Positions 1 to 8,385 of a DNA stretch of 62,176 nucleotides are shown piece by piece (position 1 is the stretch's first letter; every line of letters starts with the position of its first letter). The notes under the pieces were generated by a model. The model did not search any database. It saw only the letters and a program-made list of their open reading frames with translations, and was not told where the DNA came from. Source of the stretch: a virus (lineage: Duplodnaviria; Caudoviricetes); IMG/VR virus record IMGVR_UViG_3300025137_003955, positions 1 to 62,176 of that record; one strand, 5' to 3'. The translations under genes and the position numbers were made by a program.

Positions 1-578
1 CAAGTGGACATACAGGAATGTATCCACTAGCAATGAACATAGAGCAGGGTATTAGAACAGGTGGTACAACACTTGTTGCTGATATAAGTGGCAGAGATTC
101 ATTAGCCGCAATGGCAGGCGATCAAGCATACGTTACTAACAAAGGTGACGGTGAGTGGGGACTATACATGTATGACGGAAGTGCATGGGTACAAATATCA
201 GACCAAGACAGCTCAACTGTAGATGCTAAAACATTAACAGTTACATTTACAATGCCTGTTAGTGGATTTGGAACAAGCACAACAACTAACATGGGTAATA
301 TATCTCCTGGCAGAAAAATACAAAGTATTAGTGTTGATGTGCAGACACAATTTACAGGACACTCAGGTGGCTCACCAAATATAGAAGTAGGAACTGTATC
401 AGACCCAGATGCATATTGTGACAGTCCTAATAACGATCTTACTGAAACAGGTTCATACATTGTTAATCCAGAGTATATATACCCTGCATCAGAAACGCAA
501 GACCAACTTATACGAGCACGTTGTAATCATTACAATGCCAGTGCTGGAAACGTAACAGTCAAACTTACCTACGTTTAA
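1..578 (+). CDS. Virion structural protein, C-terminal part (probably truncated at window start)
   Basis: The frame of the ATG at 18 is open back to the window edge. G/S/T-rich composition; C-terminal beta-rich domain resembles the C-terminus of the next ORF. Confidence 0.55.
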   Translation, partial: SGHTGMYPLAMNIEQGIRTGGTTLVADISGRDSLAAMAGDQAYVTNKGDGEWGLYMYDGSAWVQISDQDSSTVDAKTLTVTFTMPVSGFGTSTTTNMGNISPGRKIQSISVDVQTQFTGHSGGSPNIEVGTVSDPDAYCDSPNNDLTETGSYIVNPEYIYPASETQDQLIRARCNHYNASAGNVTVKLTYV

Positions 579-595
579 CAAAAATCCTAAAAAAC

Positions 596-603
596 GATAA
601 ATA
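596..603 (+). promoter_or_regulatory. T4-like late promoter (GATAAATA)
   Basis: GATAAATA upstream of the fibre gene. The same 8-mer recurs upstream of genes at 5269, 6980, 23971 and on the - strand at 48895 and 57055. T4 late consensus is TATAAATA. Confidence 0.6.
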
Positions 604-673
604 CAAGTAACGTTCAGCGAAAGCGAAAACGTTATCGATAACGAATTAGAACATAAGTATTAGGAGATACAAC

Positions 674-3600
674 ATGGCTGATATTAAAAACTTTGGTATC
701 AAAGGTATAGCGGCTGATGTACAAATGGGCAAATCAGGCGGACGTTTAATTTACGACGCAGGTAACGGAAGATTTGACTTAACTCAAAGTAACGGAACTA
801 CTCTAGAAGATATTAGATTAGGAACGGTTACGGCGGGAGCCTGGAATGGTAGTGCAATCAGTAGTCAATACGGTGGTACAGGACAAGATTTCAGTAGTTC
901 GTCAGGTGTTATTAAGGTTTCAAGTGGAACTATGTCAGCAGGCTCGATTGCCTTGGCATCAGATGTAAGTGGTACATTACCAATTGCAAATGGTGGTACG
1001 GGTGCAACTTCGGCTTCTGCGGCAAGAACCTCTTTAGGACTTGGTAACTTGGCAGTTCAAGCAAGTAATGATGTAAACATAGATGGCGGTGCCATCGATG
1101 GAGCAATTATTGGTGCGAACTCAAAGGCGGCTATTGGCGGAACAACAATCACAGCAACAACGGCATTCGTTGGTGATTTAACAGGAAATTCAGATACAGC
1201 AACAGCACTGGCAACCGGTAGAACAATCGGTATGACAGGTGACATGACATGGACATCAGCATCGTTTGATGGTACAGGTAATGTAACAGGTGCTGGAACT
1301 TTAGCAACAGTAAACAGTAACGTAGGATCATTTGGTAGTACAAGTGCAATTCCAGTTGTTACAGTTAATGCTAAAGGTTTAGTTACAGCAGTAACTACAG
1401 CAAGTATCGTAACTTCTTTAACAGTAGACGGTGATTCAGGAACACAAAACGTAGATTTATCAGCAGATGATTTACAGTTCTTGGGTACAGCAAATGAAAT
1501 AGAAACAGCAGTTACTAAAGACGGAACAGACGTTAAAGTAACTTTAGGTTTACCTAACGACGTAACAATAGGTAATAACCTAAGTGTTACTGGTAGTTTC
1601 TTATCAGATGATATTACAGCGGCTACAGTTACAATTAACGGTAACTTAACAGTTACAGGTACGCAAACAACTACAGATTCTACAGTTGTTACTATTGCAG
1701 ACCCACTATTCCAAGTAGGTTCAAATACTAACGATAACTTAGACAGAGGTGTTACTTATCTACATAACGATGGATCAGCAAAAACTGGTTTCTTTGGTAT
1801 GGACGAAGGTACAGGCGTATTTACATATATTCCAGATGCAACAGACAGCTCATCAGTAATTACTGGTAGTGCAGGTGCTGTTAAATTTGGTGCAGTAGAA
1901 GGTACATCATTTAGTGATGGTACTATTTCAGGTGTAACATTTGTAGATGAAGACAATATGTCCTCAAACTCTGCAACTAAAATACCTACACAGCAATCAG
2001 TTAAAGCATACGTTGACACTCAGATTACAGCACAAGATTTAGATTTTGCGGCTGATTCAGGTGGAGCTCTTGCTATTGATTTAGATAGTGAAGCATTAAC
2101 TATTGCAGGTGGAACAGGACTTACTACAGCAGGTAGTGGAAACACAGTAACAGTAAACCTAGACGACACGGCTGTATCAGCCGCTAGTTATGGTAGCAGT
2201 ACTGCAATTCCAGTATTAACTGTAGATGCACAAGGAAGAATTACAGCGGCTTCAACAGCCTCTATTAGTACTTCTTTCACTAGTGCGGCAGATTCAGGTT
2301 CGTCAAATACTATAGACGGTGGTGACACTTTTACTATAGCAGGTGGAACTGGTATGTCTTCCGTAGCAAGTGCTACAGATACAATCACAATGAACTTGGA
2401 CAATACAGCAGTATCGGCCGGTTCATATGGTAGTGCAACAGCAATTCCAACTTTTACAGTTGACGCACAAGGACGTTTAACAGCGGCCGGAACAGCGGCT
2501 ATTAGCTCAGATTTAACAATCGGTGCTGACAGTGGTTCAGATGACGTTGTAAGAGTAGGAACTGATACATTAAACTTTATAGGTACTTCAAACGAAACTA
2601 CAACAACAGTTAGTAACAATACTATTGCTGTTGGACTAGCAAGTTCGATTAGTGGCTTAACAAGTTTAAGTGCAACAACATTAAGTGATGGCGTAGCAAG
2701 TATGAACTCAGGTGCCCTAACAGGAGTAACAAACGTTACTGCTTCAGGTACAGTACAATATGGTTCATTAAGCGACGGCACAATTACTGTAACAGGTTTT
2801 GCAGATGAAGATAACATGGCATCAGATAGTGCTACACTTATCCCAACTCAACAATCTGTTAAAGCATACGTTGACTCAGTAGCAACAGCGGCCGACTTGG
2901 ACTTCCAAGGCGACTCAGGTGGTGCATTAAGTATTGATCTTGACAGTGAAGTCCTTGACATCGCAGGTGGTACTAACATTACTACTGCAGGTTCAAGTAA
3001 CACATTAACAGTAAACCTAGACGCAACATTATCAGGAATGACAGCAGGTACTTTCTCAGGACAAGTATCAGCAGGTACATTAACTGATGGCGTAGCAAGT
3101 ATGAACAGTGGTGCATTAACAGGTGTTACAACTATTGCTACATCAGGTGATGTAACAGTTGGTGGTAACTTAACAGTTAGTGGTACACAAACTAGTGTTA
3201 ATTCAACTAACACAACTATAACTGACACCTTAATTACACTACAAAGTGGATTAACAGGTGCTAACCCTAATGACATTGGTCACATTTATGAAAGAGGAAC
3301 AGATGGTAACAACGGTTTCTTAGGATGGGATCAAAACGTTGATAGATTTGTAGCGGCGACTACAACTGCAGACGGATCAACTGCTGGTGATTTAACACTA
3401 GCGGCAACTGATTTTGAAGCGGCTGGATTCCTTGGTACAAGTGCTACAATTAGTGGTGCTGTAAGTTTTGGTACATTAACAGATTCAGGTGAGAGCATTG
3501 CTGTTACTAAATTTGTTGATGAAGCAGACGGAATTTCAAGTAACGATAACGATACTACAATTCCAACTTCAGCGGCAGTTGTTGACTATGTTGAAAACAA

Positions 3601-3970
3601 TGGTGGTGACGGACTATTACTAAGAGCGGCAATAACAAGTGGAGCAACAACGGCTTCAATTGGTACTGTCCCTAACGTTTCTAGCAGAACATATTATGCA
3701 GAAAAGATAGTAATCAAAGTCAGCACAGCATTTAGTGGTAACAGTATTAATTACATTACTATTAAAGAAAATGCTGGTTCAGGTAGTACACTTGTTGCTA
3801 AAGCAGACGCAGATGCGGCTACAGTAGGTAACTATATTATAGAACTAGATGGCGACATAGCACTTACAAAAAATGCGGCGGTAACGTTAGCATTCTTTGA
3901 CGCAAGTGATAACGCAGTGGCTCCTTCAGCCGGTGCGGCAGTGGCTTCAGTTCACTACAATTGGGTTTAA
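674..3970 (+). CDS. Long tail fibre / virion fibre protein with internal repeats
   Basis: 1098 aa, rich in G/S/T/A/D. Repeats S[FY]GSxxAIPxxTVxAxG x3 and F[VA]DE...IPTxxxVxxYV x3; GTLPIANGGTGA fibre motif. SD AGGAG upstream, terminator downstream. Confidence 0.75.
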   Translation: MADIKNFGIKGIAADVQMGKSGGRLIYDAGNGRFDLTQSNGTTLEDIRLGTVTAGAWNGSAISSQYGGTGQDFSSSSGVIKVSSGTMSAGSIALASDVSGTLPIANGGTGATSASAARTSLGLGNLAVQASNDVNIDGGAIDGAIIGANSKAAIGGTTITATTAFVGDLTGNSDTATALATGRTIGMTGDMTWTSASFDGTGNVTGAGTLATVNSNVGSFGSTSAIPVVTVNAKGLVTAVTTASIVTSLTVDGDSGTQNVDLSADDLQFLGTANEIETAVTKDGTDVKVTLGLPNDVTIGNNLSVTGSFLSDDITAATVTINGNLTVTGTQTTTDSTVVTIADPLFQVGSNTNDNLDRGVTYLHNDGSAKTGFFGMDEGTGVFTYIPDATDSSSVITGSAGAVKFGAVEGTSFSDGTISGVTFVDEDNMSSNSATKIPTQQSVKAYVDTQITAQDLDFAADSGGALAIDLDSEALTIAGGTGLTTAGSGNTVTVNLDDTAVSAASYGSSTAIPVLTVDAQGRITAASTASISTSFTSAADSGSSNTIDGGDTFTIAGGTGMSSVASATDTITMNLDNTAVSAGSYGSATAIPTFTVDAQGRLTAAGTAAISSDLTIGADSGSDDVVRVGTDTLNFIGTSNETTTTVSNNTIAVGLASSISGLTSLSATTLSDGVASMNSGALTGVTNVTASGTVQYGSLSDGTITVTGFADEDNMASDSATLIPTQQSVKAYVDSVATAADLDFQGDSGGALSIDLDSEVLDIAGGTNITTAGSSNTLTVNLDATLSGMTAGTFSGQVSAGTLTDGVASMNSGALTGVTTIATSGDVTVGGNLTVSGTQTSVNSTNTTITDTLITLQSGLTGANPNDIGHIYERGTDGNNGFLGWDQNVDRFVAATTTADGSTAGDLTLAATDFEAAGFLGTSATISGAVSFGTLTDSGESIAVTKFVDEADGISSNDNDTTIPTSAAVVDYVENNGGDGLLLRAAITSGATTASIGTVPNVSSRTYYAEKIVIKVSTAFSGNSINYITIKENAGSGSTLVAKADADAATVGNYIIELDGDIALTKNAAVTLAFFDASDNAVAPSAGAAVASVHYNWV

Positions 3971-3997
3971 TATAACCTAGGGTAGGGAGTAACTTTA

Positions 3998-4025
3998 AAG
4001 GGCAGTTTTTTACTGCCCTTTTTTT
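3998..4025 (+). terminator. Rho-independent terminator (possibly bidirectional)
   Basis: AAGGGCAGT-ttttt-ACTGCCCTT followed by a T-run, between convergent genes. Confidence 0.85.
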
Positions 4026-4030
4026 GAGTT

Positions 4031-4603
4031 TTATTTCTGAGCGTCTGCTCTGAACGAGCATATAAGCATGGTTGTTTCAACCATTGACATATTAGGAGTT
4101 AAACTCCAGGGTATATGACTAGGCCAGTATATTACTTTAAACTGTTTGGGTTTAATAAAGTGTGACGTTTCTTGTGTGTTTTGACTGGCATATATTTTAG
4201 ATGTATAATTATCTAATTTTAAATGACTGCCTTTGTTTGTTGTTTGTAGGTATATTCCAGCATTGTACCATCTTTGATGCTCTATTGTAGTAGGGAAAGA
4301 GTGGTGAGGATTAGTTGAAATAATCCAAGGATTAAGTAAATTTATATCTCTAGCAACTTGTAAGTCAAAGTGTTGTACTACATTTGAAACAAAATTAGTT
4401 GCTAATAAATTTGCTATATTTCCTATAACACCTTCACATGGAAATTGTTTGTTAGTAAACCACCCATAAACTGTCTCAGTTGTGATACCGGATTCTTTAT
4501 TAAGTTTTAGGCTGTCCTGGATTTGCCTATTTAACTCTTTAGGAACCTCTATCTGAGTTTCAAATACATAGTCTGGAAATACTGTCGTCTTTTTAACTGC
4601 CAT
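4031..4603 (-). CDS. Putative 2OG-Fe(II) oxygenase-like (DSBH) protein, probably degenerate
   Basis: W...YNAGIYL...IYWPSHIPW layout resembles phage TIGR02466-like oxygenases; metal ligands are not clearly conserved. Confidence 0.4.
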   Translation of the reverse strand: MAVKKTTVFPDYVFETQIEVPKELNRQIQDSLKLNKESGITTETVYGWFTNKQFPCEGVIGNIANLLATNFVSNVVQHFDLQVARDINLLNPWIISTNPHHSFPTTIEHQRWYNAGIYLQTTNKGSHLKLDNYTSKIYASQNTQETSHFIKPKQFKVIYWPSHIPWSLTPNMSMVETTMLICSFRADAQK

Positions 4604-4625
4604 ACTACTATTTACCTTATATTGC

Positions 4626-4653
4626 TTGACATTCGTATGAAAACCAGTATAAT
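4626..4653 (+). promoter_or_regulatory. Sigma70-type early promoter
   Basis: TTGACA-16 nt-TATAAT. Confidence 0.8.
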
Positions 4654-4676
4654 AGTATTGTAACTAGGAGAACGGT

Positions 4677-5267
4677 ATGAAAAAAGATAAAGTTATACTC
4701 ACAGACATAGATGGTGTAGTATTAGATTGGGAAGAAGGATTTAATGTCTGGATGCAACATCACGGACATAATTTAACTGAAGGCTATCAGTTTGTGTATG
4801 ATGTAGGTACAAGATATGGAATTACTAAACAAATCAGTCGCAGTTTAATAAAACAATTTAATGAAAGTGCGGCTATAGGGTTTTTACCTCCACTCAGAGA
4901 CGCACAATGGTATATTAACTTGCTACATGAAAAGTATGGCTATAAGTTTGTTGCTATAACAAGTCTTAGTTTAGATCCTTATGCAAAAGAATTAAGAGAA
5001 AGGAATCTTAAAAAATTAATGGGCGATGCATTTATAGAGGTTGTATGTTTAGATACAGGTGCAGATAAAGATGAGATTCTAGCAGACTATGGACACAAAT
5101 ATCCTGGTGCATACTGGATAGAAGACAAACCAGAAAACTTAATGGCTGGTGTTAATGTTGGGCTTAAAGGCATACTAATGGAGCATGGTCACAACATGGA
5201 ATCGCCTGTCGAAGGTACTGTCGTTAAGAATTGGGAACAAATACACCAATATATTACCTCAAAATAA
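4677..5267 (+). CDS. HAD-superfamily 5'(3')-deoxyribonucleotidase-like phosphatase
   Basis: Motif I DIDGVVLD, motif II ITS, motif IV WIEDKPEN. Confidence 0.8.
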   Translation: MKKDKVILTDIDGVVLDWEEGFNVWMQHHGHNLTEGYQFVYDVGTRYGITKQISRSLIKQFNESAAIGFLPPLRDAQWYINLLHEKYGYKFVAITSLSLDPYAKELRERNLKKLMGDAFIEVVCLDTGADKDEILADYGHKYPGAYWIEDKPENLMAGVNVGLKGILMEHGHNMESPVEGTVVKNWEQIHQYITSK

Positions 5268-5351
5268 AGATAAATATAAGTACCATCCAATAATACCTTT
5301 TAGGTATATTATCCATAATAAATATTACTTAAATAATATATGGAGAACTAA

Positions 5352-5969
5352 ATGTTTAAATTATTAAAATCGACTGTAGCAGTCGCAGTATTGTCATTTA
5401 TGGCAGTTCCAGCCTTTGCAGGTGTTAGCGGCGGTGTAAGTTATGCCAATGATTATATCTTTAGAGGACAATCACAAACTATGGGCGAAGCAAGTCTATC
5501 TGGTCAGTTTGACTGGAATCATGACAGTGGAGTTTATGCTGGTGTTTGGACTGGAGAGGTTGATATAGACGGTGCAGATAGAGAAACAGATATGTACTTT
5601 GGCTATGCTATGGACTTAGGATCAATAGGTATAGACGTTGCGTATGTTGACTATGCTTATAGCGGAAACGATGCTCTTGACGGATCTGAAATTTGGCTAT
5701 CAGGCAGTATGGGCGATATGTCAGTATTGCATGTTATGGGTCAAGACGACTGGAACGACTACACAGAATTTTCATACTCATTATCAATGGGTGTAGATCT
5801 TTCTTTTGGTATGTGGGATAATGTTGGAGACAACATGAAGATATCCAAGTCTTTTGATCTTCCAATGGGTCTTGAAGGTAGTTTGGCTTATGTAGACTTT
5901 ACTGCTGATGATGATTCAGGAATGATGGACGAAGATACAGTAGTATTTTCTTTATCCAAATCATTCTAA
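5352..5969 (+). CDS. Outer-membrane beta-barrel, TorF/TIGR02001 putative porin family
   Basis: Sec signal ending AVPAFA, NDYIFRGQSQT signature, GVYAGVW, C-terminal FSLSKSF beta-signal. Confidence 0.8.
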   Translation: MFKLLKSTVAVAVLSFMAVPAFAGVSGGVSYANDYIFRGQSQTMGEASLSGQFDWNHDSGVYAGVWTGEVDIDGADRETDMYFGYAMDLGSIGIDVAYVDYAYSGNDALDGSEIWLSGSMGDMSVLHVMGQDDWNDYTEFSYSLSMGVDLSFGMWDNVGDNMKISKSFDLPMGLEGSLAYVDFTADDDSGMMDEDTVVFSLSKSF

Positions 5970-5985
5970 TAAGATTAGAAAATAT

Positions 5986-6013
5986 AAAATACCTCCTTTT
6001 TGGGGGTATTTTT
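5986..6013 (+). terminator. Rho-independent terminator
   Basis: AAAATACCTCC-ttttt-GGGGGTATTTT followed by T. Confidence 0.75.
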
Positions 6014-6025
6014 ATGAATAAACAC

Positions 6026-6053
6026 TTGACAAAGTTTAAACATTTGCTATAAT
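6026..6053 (+). promoter_or_regulatory. Sigma70-type early promoter
   Basis: TTGACA-16 nt-TATAAT with extended -10 TG. Confidence 0.85.
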
Positions 6054-6085
6054 ATGTATTGTAATTAGGTAAAGGAGTAGAAAGA

Positions 6086-6751
6086 ATGCAGAAATTTCCA
6101 ATAGATGAAGTACTAGCAGTTAGTTGTGCCGCTCACAGAATAAATGAGGGCTTTATTAAAAAGGACCAGGTAAGGTTCGATAAAAAGTTTGAAAAAACGA
6201 TATGTAATAGTGACTTATTATATAATTATTTTTTTACAGATAAAAAATTTAAAGTTATTGAAGAGGACAAAACTACTGCAACTGAAGTTAAAGAATATCT
6301 TGCAGGGTTAAGTTTTAAAGCATTAGAAAGACAACTTACTGAATTTGAGTCAAATGTTCTTAAGTTAGTAAGTTCTCCTGAAATTGCTAAGGATAAATTA
6401 GGCATAGCCGCTAGTTTACCTAAAGTATATCTAAATAAAGTAGATCAGGATACTTGGACTGATAGAGAAATGGAATTATCCAGAACTAGTGAAAAAATTG
6501 GTAAACTACATACTAGGGAAAAAATTAATGCTACTGTAGAGTTTACTAGGTATATACCAAGAACTATGAGTTATATTGTGACTTGTAGTGTAAATGACCA
6601 GCACATTCTAAAGTTCTTTACAGACAAAAAAATTGCACCAGGCATAGAGATTACAGTTGAAGGTTTTGTAAAAGGACAATCTAAAGGTAAATATCATGCT
6701 GGATTTGAAACTGTAATAAATCGAATTAAATTTGTTGAAGAAGGAAAATAA
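6086..6751 (+). CDS. Phage hypothetical protein (possible C-terminal OB-like fold)
   Basis: 221-aa ORF with SD AAGGAG and its own promoter. Confidence 0.6.
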   Translation: MQKFPIDEVLAVSCAAHRINEGFIKKDQVRFDKKFEKTICNSDLLYNYFFTDKKFKVIEEDKTTATEVKEYLAGLSFKALERQLTEFESNVLKLVSSPEIAKDKLGIAASLPKVYLNKVDQDTWTDREMELSRTSEKIGKLHTREKINATVEFTRYIPRTMSYIVTCSVNDQHILKFFTDKKIAPGIEITVEGFVKGQSKGKYHAGFETVINRIKFVEEGK

Positions 6752-6753
6752 TT

Positions 6754-6884
6754 TTTATAGTGTGTCTTAGGCGTCGCGTCAGGTTATACCACTTTAAACA
6801 CATAACCTAAATTGCAAGTCACACTGATCAGAGACTATAAACCAGCGATCAGTTTAGAAAGAACCTCCCTTATGGGGAGGTTTT
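6754..6884 (+). ncRNA. Candidate structured RNA upstream of tRNA
   Basis: Stems AGTGTGTCTT/AAGTCACACT, AGGTTAT/ATAACCT, ACTGATC/GATCAGT and TTTATAGT/ACTATAAA, then terminator-like AACCTCCC-ttat-GGGGAGGTTTT. Confidence 0.4.
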
Positions 6885-6895
6885 ACCTTGATAAC

Positions 6896-6972
<77 letters not shown>

Positions 6973-7017
6973 AACTTCTGATAAATAGTATATGGTAGAC
7001 ACACAAGGAGTAATACT

Positions 7018-7401
7018 ATGGCAGAGGTAGAAGGAAAAGGCAACGTACAAGTTGACTTGGAAAAATATACAGAGCTTGTCTTAAAAGTCGATGAGGCACA
7101 AGACAAGATTAACGAGATGAATAATCTCAGAAAAGAATTAGCGATAGCAACTGCGGCCGCTAAACCAGTAGAAAGGTTTTCTTTTGGTGCATTATTTAGA
7201 GATGAAAATGACATCAATGAGAAGGCAATAATTGGTTTTATGAGTTTTGGATTAATGGTTGTATTTGGTGCATGTGATTTAATTACAGCATTTTGGGATA
7301 TGGATTTAAAAATATCTGATACAATATACACATCATTTGTTGTAGTAACTTTAGGTTCATTTGGTATTAGTGAGGCAGGAAAAGCCTTTAGCAAACAGTA
7401 A
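7018..7401 (+). CDS. Membrane protein with N-terminal coiled coil and two TM helices
   Basis: Two hydrophobic segments; late promoter at 6980 and SD AAGGAG. Confidence 0.6.
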   Translation: MAEVEGKGNVQVDLEKYTELVLKVDEAQDKINEMNNLRKELAIATAAAKPVERFSFGALFRDENDINEKAIIGFMSFGLMVVFGACDLITAFWDMDLKISDTIYTSFVVVTLGSFGISEAGKAFSKQ

Positions 7402-7406
7402 GAATT

Positions 7407-7544
7407 ATGAAAGAATTAAAAGAATGGCATAAAGATTATACGTTAGACTTTATTGAAAAGTATAACTTATCTATGTATACGGTTGCTTGGATCAGTTGGA
7501 TTAAGGGAATGGTTACAATGGCTATTCTGCTTTGGATATTTTAA
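7407..7544 (+). CDS. Small membrane peptide (45 aa)
   Basis: MKELKEWHKDY...AILLWIF; its stop overlaps the next ATG (TAATG). Confidence 0.5.
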   Translation: MKELKEWHKDYTLDFIEKYNLSMYTVAWISWIKGMVTMAILLWIF

Positions 7545-7852
7545 TGTTTATTAAACACTTTGTAAGAATGTTGACACGAGAAGAACTCAGTGATGAGGAC
7601 GTTATTGTGTATTTTGATGTTGTACAAAGTGTTGTACCTACAAAACTACTGACTGCTTATGATGAAGAAAAAGCAAAGGTAGGAATTGAAGTTATGGCGT
7701 ACACCAGTGAAGATGACGATGGTGATATGTTTATATACGAAATTATTTTGCAAGACGAAATAGATGCAGATGAGGGTGATGAAATATCAGATGAACTTTT
7801 TGAAGAGTTTCCAGATATTAAATTTACATTTGAGGCATCAGTAGAAGTTTAG
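7544..7852 (+). CDS. Acidic hypothetical protein
   Basis: TAATG coupling favours the start at 7544 (MFIKHF). Confidence 0.6.
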   Translation: MFIKHFVRMLTREELSDEDVIVYFDVVQSVVPTKLLTAYDEEKAKVGIEVMAYTSEDDDGDMFIYEIILQDEIDADEGDEISDELFEEFPDIKFTFEASVEV

Positions 7853-8076
7853 TGCTAGTAGAAGTTCATTTTAATGGCAACGAATTCGTTGCTTACGACA
7901 AGCAAACCAATCAACAAATAACAGATAGTGCAATACTAAATGTTATATCCTTTGAACAATTTCCAGGAATTAAAGGTGTATTTGAAATAAATGTTGACAC
8001 CGCCGGAAGATCTGTTATAATAGAACCATTACAAATAAATATTGGTATACAGGATATAAACACAAATGGCATTTAA
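7852..8076 (+). CDS. Hypothetical protein
   Basis: GTG start overlapping the previous stop. Confidence 0.5.
   Translation: MLVEVHFNGNEFVAYDKQTNQQITDSAILNVISFEQFPGIKGVFEINVDTAGRSVIIEPLQINIGIQDINTNGI
7994..8021 (+). promoter_or_regulatory. Sigma70-type promoter inside upstream ORF
   Basis: TTGACA-16 nt-TATAAT. Confidence 0.7.
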
Positions 8077-8329
8077 TAAAACATTCAATCAAGAAGAAAT
8101 CGCAAGACTCAAAAAACTTATCAACGAAGGTGATACTGTTCTCCATGAAGTAGACGCTCTAAACGTAGGTCTTAGAGAAACTGTTAAAGCAATAGCAGAG
8201 GAAATGGACCTCAAGCCTGGAGTTTTAATGAAAGCAGTAAAAGTTGCTCATAAGGCTAAGTTCCAAGATGAGTTCGACAAATTTGACGAACTAGAAACAA
8301 TTTTAGAATCAGTCGGAAAAACACTTTAA
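8066..8329 (+). CDS. T4 DsbA/GapR-like small dsDNA-binding protein
   Basis: 87 aa, helical; LKKLINE...VKAIAEEMDLKPGVLMKAVKVAHK pattern resembles T4 DsbA. Confidence 0.55.
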   Translation: MAFNKTFNQEEIARLKKLINEGDTVLHEVDALNVGLRETVKAIAEEMDLKPGVLMKAVKVAHKAKFQDEFDKFDELETILESVGKTL

Positions 8330-8333
8330 TTAA

Positions 8334-8362
8334 TTGACTTTTAACCACTATTGCTGTATAAT
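8334..8362 (+). promoter_or_regulatory. Sigma70-type promoter for DNA polymerase
   Basis: TTGACT-17 nt-TATAAT, the only 17-bp spacer among the promoters found. Confidence 0.7.
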
Positions 8363-8385
8363 TACAGTATGAGGATAGCACATCT

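Noticed and set aside
1057-3276. Several - strand ORFs (up to 209 aa) inside the fibre gene
   Set aside because: Antisense shadows produced by the biased codon pattern of the real + strand gene; no RBS or motifs.
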